Shown here one piece after another: positions 30,911 through 41,768 of a stretch of DNA of 64,000 nt. Under the pieces are notes generated by a model, which made no database searches, had not been told where the DNA came from, and was given only the letters and a program-made list of their open reading frames with translations. The DNA lies in NCBI GenBank assembly GCA_965228735.1, contig OZ245838.1, forward strand, positions 2,304,001 through 2,368,000, in the 5' to 3' direction. The DNA is from Planctomycetota bacterium. Its GTDB lineage: Bacteria; Planctomycetota; UBA1135; UBA2386. Made by a program: the position numbers and the translations under genes. Numbering within the stretch: position 1 is the first letter of the stretch; every line of letters begins with the position of its first letter.

Positions 30911-31950
30911 ACTTCTCGGCCCGACTCGGCATCGCAGTCGGCGTGCTCGTCGCGTTCGGCGGCGCGATCGCGTTCTTGTCCGCGACGGACACCGGCAGCG
31001 CGCGCGCCGCGCAGACCGTCCGGTGGGAATCCTCGGCGCAGTGCCAGGAATGCCACCAGGACGTCTACGACGAGTGGCACGGCTCGCACCACCAGATCGC
31101 GTTCACCAATCCCGAGGTGCGCAAGCTCAGCGACGACTTCCGCAAGGAGGAGTGCATGGACTGCCACCTGCCGCGCCCGCTCGCGCTGACGGGCTTCGGG
31201 AATCGCACCCTGCCGCGCCGAACGCACTTCGACGAGGGTGTGAGCTGCATCAGCTGCCACCTCGCTCCGGACGGCGGCATCGTCGCGCGCAACGACCGGC
31301 CCGAGGTGCCGTGTGCGCCGCAGAAGAACGCCGACTTCATCGCCGTGAAGGCCTGCGCATCGTGCCACAACCAGCACTGGACGACCGATCAGTGGCGCGA
31401 CAGCTCGTACGCCGCGCAGGGCGTCGACTGCAGTTCGTGCCACATGCCCGAGGTCACGCGCGTGCGCAAGGACGGCAGCAAGCGCATGGGCCGCAGCCAC
31501 GTGTTCCCGGGCGGTCACGACAAGGCGATGCTGCAGTCGGCCGGCAAGTTCGAGGTCGCGCGCGAGGGCGACCAGGTCGCGTTCACGCTGACCAACGTCG
31601 GCGCGGGCCACAACTACCCGACCGAGGAGCGGCACCGCGCGGTCGACATGAGCTATCGGTTCCTCACCGCGGCCGACGTGGCCGCGGAACAGGCCGCCGA
31701 GTCCAACGGCGAGTGGACGCTGGCCTACCGCTTCCGCATGCCCTACCGCGACGAGGCGACGCCCGTCGGCCCGCTCGCGGAGTCGCAGGAGAACACGCAA
31801 CTCCCCGCCAACGCGAGCAAGACGATCCGGATCGACATCCCGGCCGATGCGGTCGCGATCGAGGCCCGGTTGTGGTACCGACTGACGCCGTTCGTCGGCG
31901 ACGACAGTCCGATGAGCACCCTCCTCGAAGAACGGCGGCTCGACCTATGA
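30907..31950 (+). CDS. Pentahaem c-type cytochrome (cytochrome c554-like), exported or membrane-anchored
   Basis: GTG 30907 and a hydrophobic N-terminus. Five CxxCH motifs (CQECH, CMDCH, CISCH, CASCH, CSSCH). C-terminal beta domain containing GAGHNYPT. Confidence 0.88.
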   Translation: MNFSARLGIAVGVLVAFGGAIAFLSATDTGSARAAQTVRWESSAQCQECHQDVYDEWHGSHHQIAFTNPEVRKLSDDFRKEECMDCHLPRPLALTGFGNRTLPRRTHFDEGVSCISCHLAPDGGIVARNDRPEVPCAPQKNADFIAVKACASCHNQHWTTDQWRDSSYAAQGVDCSSCHMPEVTRVRKDGSKRMGRSHVFPGGHDKAMLQSAGKFEVAREGDQVAFTLTNVGAGHNYPTEERHRAVDMSYRFLTAADVAAEQAAESNGEWTLAYRFRMPYRDEATPVGPLAESQENTQLPANASKTIRIDIPADAVAIEARLWYRLTPFVGDDSPMSTLLEERRLDL

Positions 31951-33218
31951 TGCGTTCGACCCATTGCCGTGCCGGCGCGCTCATCCTGCTCACGGGTTGG
32001 ATCGGATTCGCCAGCTGCGCGAACGAGGCCGCGGCCAAGCCGCAGGGCCCCGACTTGCCCGCGCCGAAGCTCACCCCGTTCATCGACGAGCTCAAGGCGA
32101 TGCGGGCCGCGCAGCCGCAGCCCGACGAAGCCGCCCAGCGCGAACTGAAGCAGTACGCGGACGTCGCGCTCGGCATCGTCGAGGGCGACGCCCGCATCAC
32201 GGCCCGCGCCGAACGCGCGCTGCTCGAGCACCCGTTCGCGTGGCACCCGCTCGAGCAGGCGCTCGAACACGAGGACGTCGCTGTCCGCCGGCGCGCGGCG
32301 TGGCTCTGCGGCAAGTCGGGCCACGGCGAGCTGCAGCTGCCGCTCGTGATCCGCTTCAAGTACGAGAAGGACCCCGAGGCCGTCGTCTGGATCGCGGACG
32401 CGCTGCAGAAGCTCGGCAACGACTCGGGCGCGGCGTGGCTCGACGCCGCGATGAGCAACGAGGCGACCGCGGAGGTCGCGGGCCAGCGCGCGATCGAAAT
32501 CTGCAACGCGCGCGGGATCGAGCTCAGCGAGAGCCCGACCTACGTCGAGCTGCGCGGCGCGATGCAGGACATCCACGCAGCCTGGCTGAGTCAGGGCAAG
32601 GGCGGCAACCCCGACGTCGAGCCGCCGAGCGGCATCCACCTCGACGCCAGGCTCGCCAAACGCCTCGCGACGACCGAGCTGACGTACCTGCGGCCGATCG
32701 ACGACGCGAAGTACATCCTCACGCGCTGCGGCCGGCTCGCCGTGCCGCTGCTCGAACGCGCGCTCGGAGCTTCCGAGCACTATCTGCGAACCGTGTCACT
32801 GCACGTTCTGCAGGCCCTCGGCCCGTGCGCGAGCTCGACGGGCCCGGCCGTTCGCAAGCTGCTCGGCGACCCGATGACGCGCACCTACGCGGTCCGCACG
32901 CTCGGCGAGATCGGCGACACCGACGCGCTGCCCGTGCTGCGCCAACTGCTCGACGCGATCGAGATCGAGTCGCGCGCCGAAGCCGCCTACGCGCTCGGCC
33001 TGCTGCGCGACGAGCAGAGCCGCGACATCCTCGGCAAGAAGCTCGCGGACGAGACCGAGGCCATGGACGTGCGCGTCAACGCCGCGTTCGCGCTGCTCTG
33101 CTTCGGCGAGCACCCGGAGGCGACCGCCTTCCTGCAGCAGCGCGAGGAGAAGGGCGACTACCACGCCCCGACGCTGCGCCGTCTGCGCGACCGCCTCGCC
33201 ACGCTCGCGAAAGGGTAG
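31947..33218 (+). CDS. HEAT-repeat lipoprotein
   Basis: ATG 31947 overlaps the cytochrome stop. Lipobox FASC. HEAT-like repeats VRRRAAWLCG, RTYAVRTLGEIG, RAEAAYALG and VRVNAAFAL. Confidence 0.8.
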   Translation: MMRSTHCRAGALILLTGWIGFASCANEAAAKPQGPDLPAPKLTPFIDELKAMRAAQPQPDEAAQRELKQYADVALGIVEGDARITARAERALLEHPFAWHPLEQALEHEDVAVRRRAAWLCGKSGHGELQLPLVIRFKYEKDPEAVVWIADALQKLGNDSGAAWLDAAMSNEATAEVAGQRAIEICNARGIELSESPTYVELRGAMQDIHAAWLSQGKGGNPDVEPPSGIHLDARLAKRLATTELTYLRPIDDAKYILTRCGRLAVPLLERALGASEHYLRTVSLHVLQALGPCASSTGPAVRKLLGDPMTRTYAVRTLGEIGDTDALPVLRQLLDAIEIESRAEAAYALGLLRDEQSRDILGKKLADETEAMDVRVNAAFALLCFGEHPEATAFLQQREEKGDYHAPTLRRLRDRLATLAKG

Positions 33219-33236
33219 TTGCCTGCCAGCCTGCGG

Positions 33237-33353
33237 GTGGCGGTACCGAACCCGCTTCGAATCCGCCACACCCCGCCGACAGCAATCCTGCGTCGATGTG
33301 CCGGTTGCGCCGTCGACACGGTGGCGGATTCGAAACGGGTTCGGTATCGCCAC
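33237..33353. repeat. REPIN-like element, copy 1 (inverted 33-bp palindromic units with 51-bp spacer)
   Basis: 33237-33269 GTGGCGGTACCGAACCCGCTTCGAATCCGCCAC versus the reverse complement of 33321-33353, 31/33 identical. Confidence 0.85.
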
Positions 33354-33364
33354 GTCGCGCGGGG

Positions 33365-33943
33365 TCAGTCGCTCTCGGCCTTCGTCTGCAGCGGCGCTTT
33401 GCCGATCGCTACGAGAGTGCGCATCGCGTCCGCGGCGCGCACGTCGAGCCGATGGAGCGTTGCCGGGTCGGCGAACACGAGGCGGCCCGAGGTCGGCGTC
33501 GGCGCGCTCGGCACGAACACCAACGTGCGGCGCACGCCGTCCGGACCGTCCGCTTCGCCCGTGACGAGCCCCATCTCGTGTCCGCTCTCGGTCGGCACGA
33601 GCACGACGCCGTGGAAGAACTTGTCGCGGCCGGAGTCGTAGCCGAGCAGTTCCTTCAGCGACTGATACATCGGGCCGAGCAGCGGCAGGCTCTCGAGCAC
33701 GCGGTCGAACACCTTCCACAGCACCTTGCCGAGGTAGGTCGTGACGAACAGACCGCACAGGTAGACGAGCAGCACCGCGGCCAGGAGCCCGACGCCGGGG
33801 AAGTACCACGGCTGATCGACGAGCCACGACGCTGCGATACTCGCCTCGAGCTGCACGACCAGGAAGATCGTGCCGCCGATCGGCAGGAGCGCGACGACGC
33901 CCGCAACGAGGCAACGACTGATGTGACGCAGGGGCTTCTTCAT
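33365..33943 (-). CDS. DUF502 family membrane protein
   Basis: AGVVALLPIGGT, LPLLGPMYQSLKEL, VFVPSAPTPTSGRL and DAMRTLVAIG. Confidence 0.85.
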   Translation of the reverse strand: MKKPLRHISRCLVAGVVALLPIGGTIFLVVQLEASIAASWLVDQPWYFPGVGLLAAVLLVYLCGLFVTTYLGKVLWKVFDRVLESLPLLGPMYQSLKELLGYDSGRDKFFHGVVLVPTESGHEMGLVTGEADGPDGVRRTLVFVPSAPTPTSGRLVFADPATLHRLDVRAADAMRTLVAIGKAPLQTKAESD

Positions 33944-33989
33944 GGCGACTCCGATCGCGGCGTACCGCACGCCGGCATCGGGCGCCTGG

Positions 33990-34706
33990 CTACTGTCGTG
34001 CCGAAGCCGTGACCACGCCGGGCACGATCTCTTCCTGCGTCGGGACGAAGCTGCGGCCGACGTTGCTCGTGTCGAGGCCGGCCAGCGACTTCTGCACCGT
34101 GGCCTGCAGCGCGCGCCCGACGAGCAGGTACGGGCTCACGGGCTTCAGCGACACGGGCGTCATCTGGCGTTCGGCGAAGTTCTCGTCGTAGAGCTCGACG
34201 CGCTTGCCCGTCGACGGATCGACCGGACCGAAGACCCGCACGCGCAGTTCGACGTCGGCGAACGAACGCGCCCCCCCGACGTTCTCGACCGCGCCGGTCG
34301 TGAACTTGACGAGGCTCGGCGCGAGCACGAGCGCGCGATCGTCCGCGCGATCGACGACGTTCTCGAACAGGCCGCTCGCATCGAGCTGGCGCGCGAGGAT
34401 CTCGTCGACCATGGCGCGCACCGGCCGGTCCCACACCTGGTCGCTGCCGTAGCTGATCGGGAAGCCGCGATCGTGCAGCGGCAGGTCCTTGCCCGAGCGC
34501 GCGTCGGTGAGCGGCGCCACGAAGACCGGGCGGTCGCCCGGCACCCGCGTCGCATACGGCACGTCGACGTAGAGTCGTTCGTTGCTCGCGATGTCGAGGC
34601 TCTGCGACGTCGAGGCGCAGCCAGCCGCGATTGCGGCGAGGGCCAGGACCAGGAACGAGATCCCGCGGCACGTGACACTGACCGCAACACTGTGGAGAGG
34701 CTTCAT
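33990..34706 (-). CDS. Hypothetical lipoprotein
   Basis: C-terminal part of shadow ORF 33990..37103. Lipobox AAGC after a hydrophobic stretch. ATG at 34706 or 34715. Confidence 0.7.
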   Translation of the reverse strand: MKPLHSVAVSVTCRGISFLVLALAAIAAGCASTSQSLDIASNERLYVDVPYATRVPGDRPVFVAPLTDARSGKDLPLHDRGFPISYGSDQVWDRPVRAMVDEILARQLDASGLFENVVDRADDRALVLAPSLVKFTTGAVENVGGARSFADVELRVRVFGPVDPSTGKRVELYDENFAERQMTPVSLKPVSPYLLVGRALQATVQKSLAGLDTSNVGRSFVPTQEEIVPGVVTASARQ

Positions 34707-34889
34707 CGTTCCCATGGCATCGTCCGTTGGGGCCGCGCGACTTGATCGATCCGTGAGCCCGGCCGCCGGCAGCGCGCAGGCACCCCGCAATTCGGCGTCC
34801 GGGCGGAATCGCACTGCCAACGCGAGACCGCTCCGGATAACCTGTTCGGCCGAAAACGGCTCGCCAGCCGCCGCCGTTCGAACAGCCAT

Positions 34890-37589
<2,700 letters not shown>

Positions 37590-37845
37590 GGCCGCCCCGG
37601 CCAGCTCGACATCCGGCCCAATGGATTGGCCCGTTCGATCTGGCCCGTTCGATTCGGGCGGCGAAGCGCCCATGCCACGGCCGATCGCCGGCGCCCGCCG
37701 CGCGCGGGCGATCCGGCCGATCCCGAGCCGGGACGGAATCCCGGCTCGCGGAGCCCGTTGGCCCGTTGCCTCGCCCGTTCGGGTTACTATTCGGTAGGCA
37801 GCACAGACGGCGCCCCCGCGCCGAGCCGTAGCCCCCACCCCCAGC

Positions 37846-38967
37846 ATGCAGACCCGCGACCTCGTGATCCTGATCGTCATCGCCGGCGTCGCCGCCGGCG
37901 TCGGCCTCGTGATCGGCGCCGATGACTCCCTTGCCAACGAGGCCCTGGCTCCTCCTGGCATCACGGATCCAGCGGCAAACGAGATCACCGACGAACCGGA
38001 CGAGGACGGTCCTGCGACTCCCGAGCTGGCCCAGTCGCAGGCCAACCCGCGCGCCATGCAGCAGCCGGAACCGCCCCGCGTGGACACGACGGGCTGGACG
38101 AAGGGCATCGTCCGCGGCGACATCCTGCTCGCCGCGTCCGTGCTCGACAAGCTCGACACGGTCAACATCATCGTCAAGGAACAGCGCGCGGCGATCGATC
38201 GGGCCGGCAACTTCCACGAGGTCCGCCAGTACATCGTGCCCGTCGAACGCAGCATCGGCACGCCGACGTTCGAGGTCCGGGACATCGAGTTCTCGAAGTA
38301 TCCCTACAAGGTCTCGGTCTACGCCGCGGGGCTGAACGGCAGCGCGCGCACGGTCATCATCAACGAGAAGACGCCGCTGCACGACGACATCCAGCTGCGC
38401 ATCACGCCCGGCCGGCCGTACTCGATCCTGCTGCGCGACCAGGACTACAACCCGTATCCCGACACGACGGTGCGCCTGATCCCGGTCGGCGACCCCCAGG
38501 GGCGCAAGGACTACACGGGCACGACGGACGGCTACGGCAGCATCGCGTTCGAGCAGGTGCTCGCGGGCGACTACCGCATCTGGGCGGGCCAGCAAGGCAT
38601 GGCGCTCGCCGAGCCCGAACTCGTCACCGTGCAATCGGAAGCCCGGGTCTACGGCAACAAGATCCAGGGTCAGGGCCATACCTACGTGATCCAGCGCGGC
38701 ATGCCGCTCGACGTTCGGATCACCGACCGCGGCGGCTACGCGATCGCGAACGCCTCGGTGCGACTGCAGGCGAGCGACCGCACGCGCGCGAAGCCGATCG
38801 ACCGCGCGACCGACGGCAGCGGCCTGCTGCACTACCCCCACCTGCTGCCCGGCAAGTGGATGATCACGGTGACCAAGCAGAACTACCAGCCGTGGACGCG
38901 GCAGGTCACGATCGAGGACGGGCAGTTGCACGAGCCCGTGAACGCGCAGCTGACTCGGCTGCGCTAG
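37846..38967 (+). CDS. Membrane-anchored protein with carboxypeptidase-regulatory-like/PEGA domains
   Basis: N-terminal TM helix. Repeats GTTDGYGSIAFEQVLAGDYRI and ATDGSGLLHYPHLLPGKWMITV. Confidence 0.75.
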   Translation: MQTRDLVILIVIAGVAAGVGLVIGADDSLANEALAPPGITDPAANEITDEPDEDGPATPELAQSQANPRAMQQPEPPRVDTTGWTKGIVRGDILLAASVLDKLDTVNIIVKEQRAAIDRAGNFHEVRQYIVPVERSIGTPTFEVRDIEFSKYPYKVSVYAAGLNGSARTVIINEKTPLHDDIQLRITPGRPYSILLRDQDYNPYPDTTVRLIPVGDPQGRKDYTGTTDGYGSIAFEQVLAGDYRIWAGQQGMALAEPELVTVQSEARVYGNKIQGQGHTYVIQRGMPLDVRITDRGGYAIANASVRLQASDRTRAKPIDRATDGSGLLHYPHLLPGKWMITVTKQNYQPWTRQVTIEDGQLHEPVNAQLTRLR

Positions 38968-38987
38968 AGGGCGGCGGTCCTGCGCCA

Positions 38988-39127
38988 GGCGCGCAGCCGG
39001 ACATCTTGCGCTGGGCGCGCAGCCGGACATCTTGCGCTGGGCGCGCAGCCGGACCTCTTGCGCAGGCGCGTAGCCGGACCTCTTGTGCAGGCGCGCAGCC
39101 GGACCTCTTGCGCAGGCGCGCAGCCGG
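38988..39127. repeat. Intergenic tandem repeat, about 5.5 copies of a 25-26-bp unit (GGCGCGCAGCCGGACCTCTTGCGCA)
   Basis: Units start at 38988, 39014, 39040, 39065, 39090 and 39115 (partial). No spacers between units. Confidence 0.9.
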
Positions 39128-39193
39128 GCGCGGGGTAAGGAAAAAGGTCTGCCACCGAGTGGGCCCCAGGACTAGATTGGCCGCGCTTTCACG

Positions 39194-39673
39194 ATGGGCC
39201 AGCCTCTAGTCGACCTCGCGAGCCTCGATCTCACTCAGGACGTCATTCCCGAGGAAGAGCTGCGCTCGATCCTGCCGCACCGGGAGGAGTTCCAGCTCCT
39301 GGACGGCATCTGCCACTACGACGGCGAGGCCGGCCTGGCCGTCGGCTACAAGAAGTGGGACGACTCGCCGTGGTGGGGTCGCGGCCACATCCCCGGCCGC
39401 CCGATCATGCCGGGCGTGCTCATGATCGAGGGCGCAGCCCAGGTCGCATCGTTCTTGCTGAAGAAGGGCAACGCCTGGGCACTCGACGACTTCATCGGAC
39501 TCGCCGGTCTCGACAACGTGCGCTTCCGCGGCGCGATCGAACCGCCCGCGACGATCTACTTCGTCAGCGGCAACGTCCGCGTCTCGGGCCGCCGCCTCGC
39601 CCGCATGCCGGCCCAGGCCTTCTGCAATGGCGAGATGAAGTTGGAGACCGAGCTGCTCGGCGTGCTGCTGTGA
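39194..39673 (+). CDS. fabZ: 3-hydroxyacyl-ACP dehydratase, FabZ/FabA family (FabZ-type catalytic Glu)
   Basis: ILPHREEFQLLD, GHIPGRPIMPGVLMIEGAAQ and NVRFRGAIEP. Confidence 0.75.
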   Translation: MGQPLVDLASLDLTQDVIPEEELRSILPHREEFQLLDGICHYDGEAGLAVGYKKWDDSPWWGRGHIPGRPIMPGVLMIEGAAQVASFLLKKGNAWALDDFIGLAGLDNVRFRGAIEPPATIYFVSGNVRVSGRRLARMPAQAFCNGEMKLETELLGVLL

Positions 39674-39677
39674 CGCC

Positions 39678-41705
39678 GTGAGCGACGCTCCGCCACCGCG
39701 CTGGTTCGCGCTGCTGCCGGTGCTCGCGATCGCTGCCTGGTGGCCGATCGCACCCTACTGGCAGAGCGACGACTTCCTCGCGCTGCACTACAGCCAGTCG
39801 CTCACCCGCGCTCTCAGCGACTTCGTCGGCCCGCAGTACGGCGCGACCGACATCTGGCTGTTCTATCGGCCGCTCATCACGCTGAGCTTCTGGTTCGACC
39901 AGCTGATCGCCGGCAGCGACCCGTTCTTCTCCCATCTGTCGAACGTGCTCGCACACGGCGTGAGCGCGCTGCTCGTCGCGCTGATCTGGCGGCGATTTCT
40001 GCCAGCAGGGCGCGCGTTCGGCGCGGGGCTGGTGTGGGCCGTGATGCCGGGCCACGTCGGCTCGATCGCCTGGGGCGTCGGTCGCGTCGACAGCCACACC
40101 GTGGTCTGGTGCCTGCTCGCGGGCTGGCTGCTGCTGCGCCAGTGCGAACGCGCCCAGGGTTCCGCGGATGGCCGAACGACCCGCTGGCCGGCGCTACTTG
40201 CGCTCGCGGCCGCGCTCGCGAGCAAGGAGCTCGCGTTCATCGTGCCGCCGGCGTGCACGCTGCTCGCGTTCTGCGTGGCCCGCGGCTCGTTCGGGTCACG
40301 TGCCCGGTTCGCCGCGCGCGAGTCGCTCTCCACCTGGCTCGTGTTCGCCGGCTACCTCGGGGTGCGCTTCGCCGTGCTCGGGCGCTTCGGCGGCTATCTC
40401 GGCGCGACCTACGAACCGGTGGCGATGGCGTCGGGCCTGCTGACCTACTGCGGCAACCTGCTGGTCCCGCTGCGCTGGGTCGCGGGCGGCGCGGCGCTCG
40501 GCGAGGGTTCGGGCTCGATCGCCGTCGTCATCGCGGCAGCGTGCCTGCTGCCGGCCGCGCTGACGGCGCTGCTGCGCCCGCATCGCACGACGGCCGCGAT
40601 CCTGATGTTCCTCGGCACGGCGGCGCCCGTCTCCGCGTTCTTCGTGTCCGCCGAGAACGTGCACAACCTGCGCTACTTCTACCTGCCGACGGTGGCGCTC
40701 GCGGGTCTGCTCGCCGGCCCGGGGCTGTGGTCCGCGGTGCTCGTCGCGTTGACGTTCGTCGTGCCGCTGGTCGCGATGCGCGGCGAACAAGTCGACGCCG
40801 ACCGCGAGTCCGCGGCGATGCACGCGGCGCTGCTGCAGACGGCCGGTGGACTGCCGGCCGCACCGCCCGAGGAACCTCACCGCCTGTTCGTCGCGGGCCT
40901 GCCGCACAGCAACCCGCGCGGCAGCGTCGTGCAGCTGCACTTCGCGGTCGATCGCATGCTGCAGCCGCCGTTCCACGGCTCCGGCGGACCGGAGCTCTAC
41001 GCGCTGCGATCGCTCGACGCGTCGGGCGATCCGACCGCGTTCCGGCCGTGGCCGAAGCGGGCGCCCCGCGCGCTGCCCGGGGCGTTGAACCTGACCTACG
41101 CGTTCGCGCCCGGCGACCCGACCCGACTCGAACCGATCCCGGCCGCGCCGAGCGACCTCCCCGATCTCCCCCTCGCCGGTGACCTCGAGGCGGGCGATCT
41201 CGATGACGGCGTGCTCGACGTCTCGACCGCGCGCCTGCACGCGGCGACCGCGCGCTACCCCGGCATCTTCGAGAACCGCGAGCCGAGCTTCGGGCTCACG
41301 ACGCCGGGCGTCCGACCGACGTGCTACCGCGTCACGCTGTTCACGGCGAACGGCTGGATCTGTGGCCTCGTCTTCGATCATGGTCTCGGCGGCGACGATT
41401 CCGGCAGCATCGACATGCTGCGCTTCCTCGTGAACGACGAGCACTTCCGCCCGACCGGAGCGCCGGCGTTCGCGGGCAGGTCGGCAGCGCTGACCGGCCC
41501 CGACGAGGCGCGACTCGTCGCCCTCGACCTCCTGATCCCGACCACGATCGACCTCGAACCCGCGTTCCCGACGCTGATCGAGGCCGGCAACCTCGACCCC
41601 GCGACGTTCCGCTTCACCCCGACCCACCGCGCCCGCCGGCTCGTGCTGCTCCGGTTCGATCGTAATTATCCGAGCTGGGTGCGATTGCTGCAGGGCGGCA
41701 GCTGA
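39678..41705 (+). CDS. Polytopic membrane protein, probable GT-C-fold glycosyltransferase, with a soluble C-terminal domain
   Basis: WQSDDF, FYRPL, HLSNVLAH, ALASKE and LRYFYLP motifs, about 11 TM helices. Confidence 0.65.
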   Translation: MSDAPPPRWFALLPVLAIAAWWPIAPYWQSDDFLALHYSQSLTRALSDFVGPQYGATDIWLFYRPLITLSFWFDQLIAGSDPFFSHLSNVLAHGVSALLVALIWRRFLPAGRAFGAGLVWAVMPGHVGSIAWGVGRVDSHTVVWCLLAGWLLLRQCERAQGSADGRTTRWPALLALAAALASKELAFIVPPACTLLAFCVARGSFGSRARFAARESLSTWLVFAGYLGVRFAVLGRFGGYLGATYEPVAMASGLLTYCGNLLVPLRWVAGGAALGEGSGSIAVVIAAACLLPAALTALLRPHRTTAAILMFLGTAAPVSAFFVSAENVHNLRYFYLPTVALAGLLAGPGLWSAVLVALTFVVPLVAMRGEQVDADRESAAMHAALLQTAGGLPAAPPEEPHRLFVAGLPHSNPRGSVVQLHFAVDRMLQPPFHGSGGPELYALRSLDASGDPTAFRPWPKRAPRALPGALNLTYAFAPGDPTRLEPIPAAPSDLPDLPLAGDLEAGDLDDGVLDVSTARLHAATARYPGIFENREPSFGLTTPGVRPTCYRVTLFTANGWICGLVFDHGLGGDDSGSIDMLRFLVNDEHFRPTGAPAFAGRSAALTGPDEARLVALDLLIPTTIDLEPAFPTLIEAGNLDPATFRFTPTHRARRLVLLRFDRNYPSWVRLLQGGS

Positions 41706-41768
41706 TACGACTCAGCGGCGACCGGCCCGAATGCCGATCAGGAGACCGCTACCCCCGCCCGCAGGACG

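Noticed and set aside
33237..33353. tRNA or tRNA fragment suggested by the TTCGAATCC (T-loop-like) motif in the REPIN arms, and a possible link to Pus10
   Set aside because: The flanking bases do not form a 5-bp T-stem on either strand, and there is no cloverleaf.
38988..39127. Possible CRISPR array
   Set aside because: The units abut directly with no unique spacers, and there are no cas genes in the window. It is a tandem repeat.
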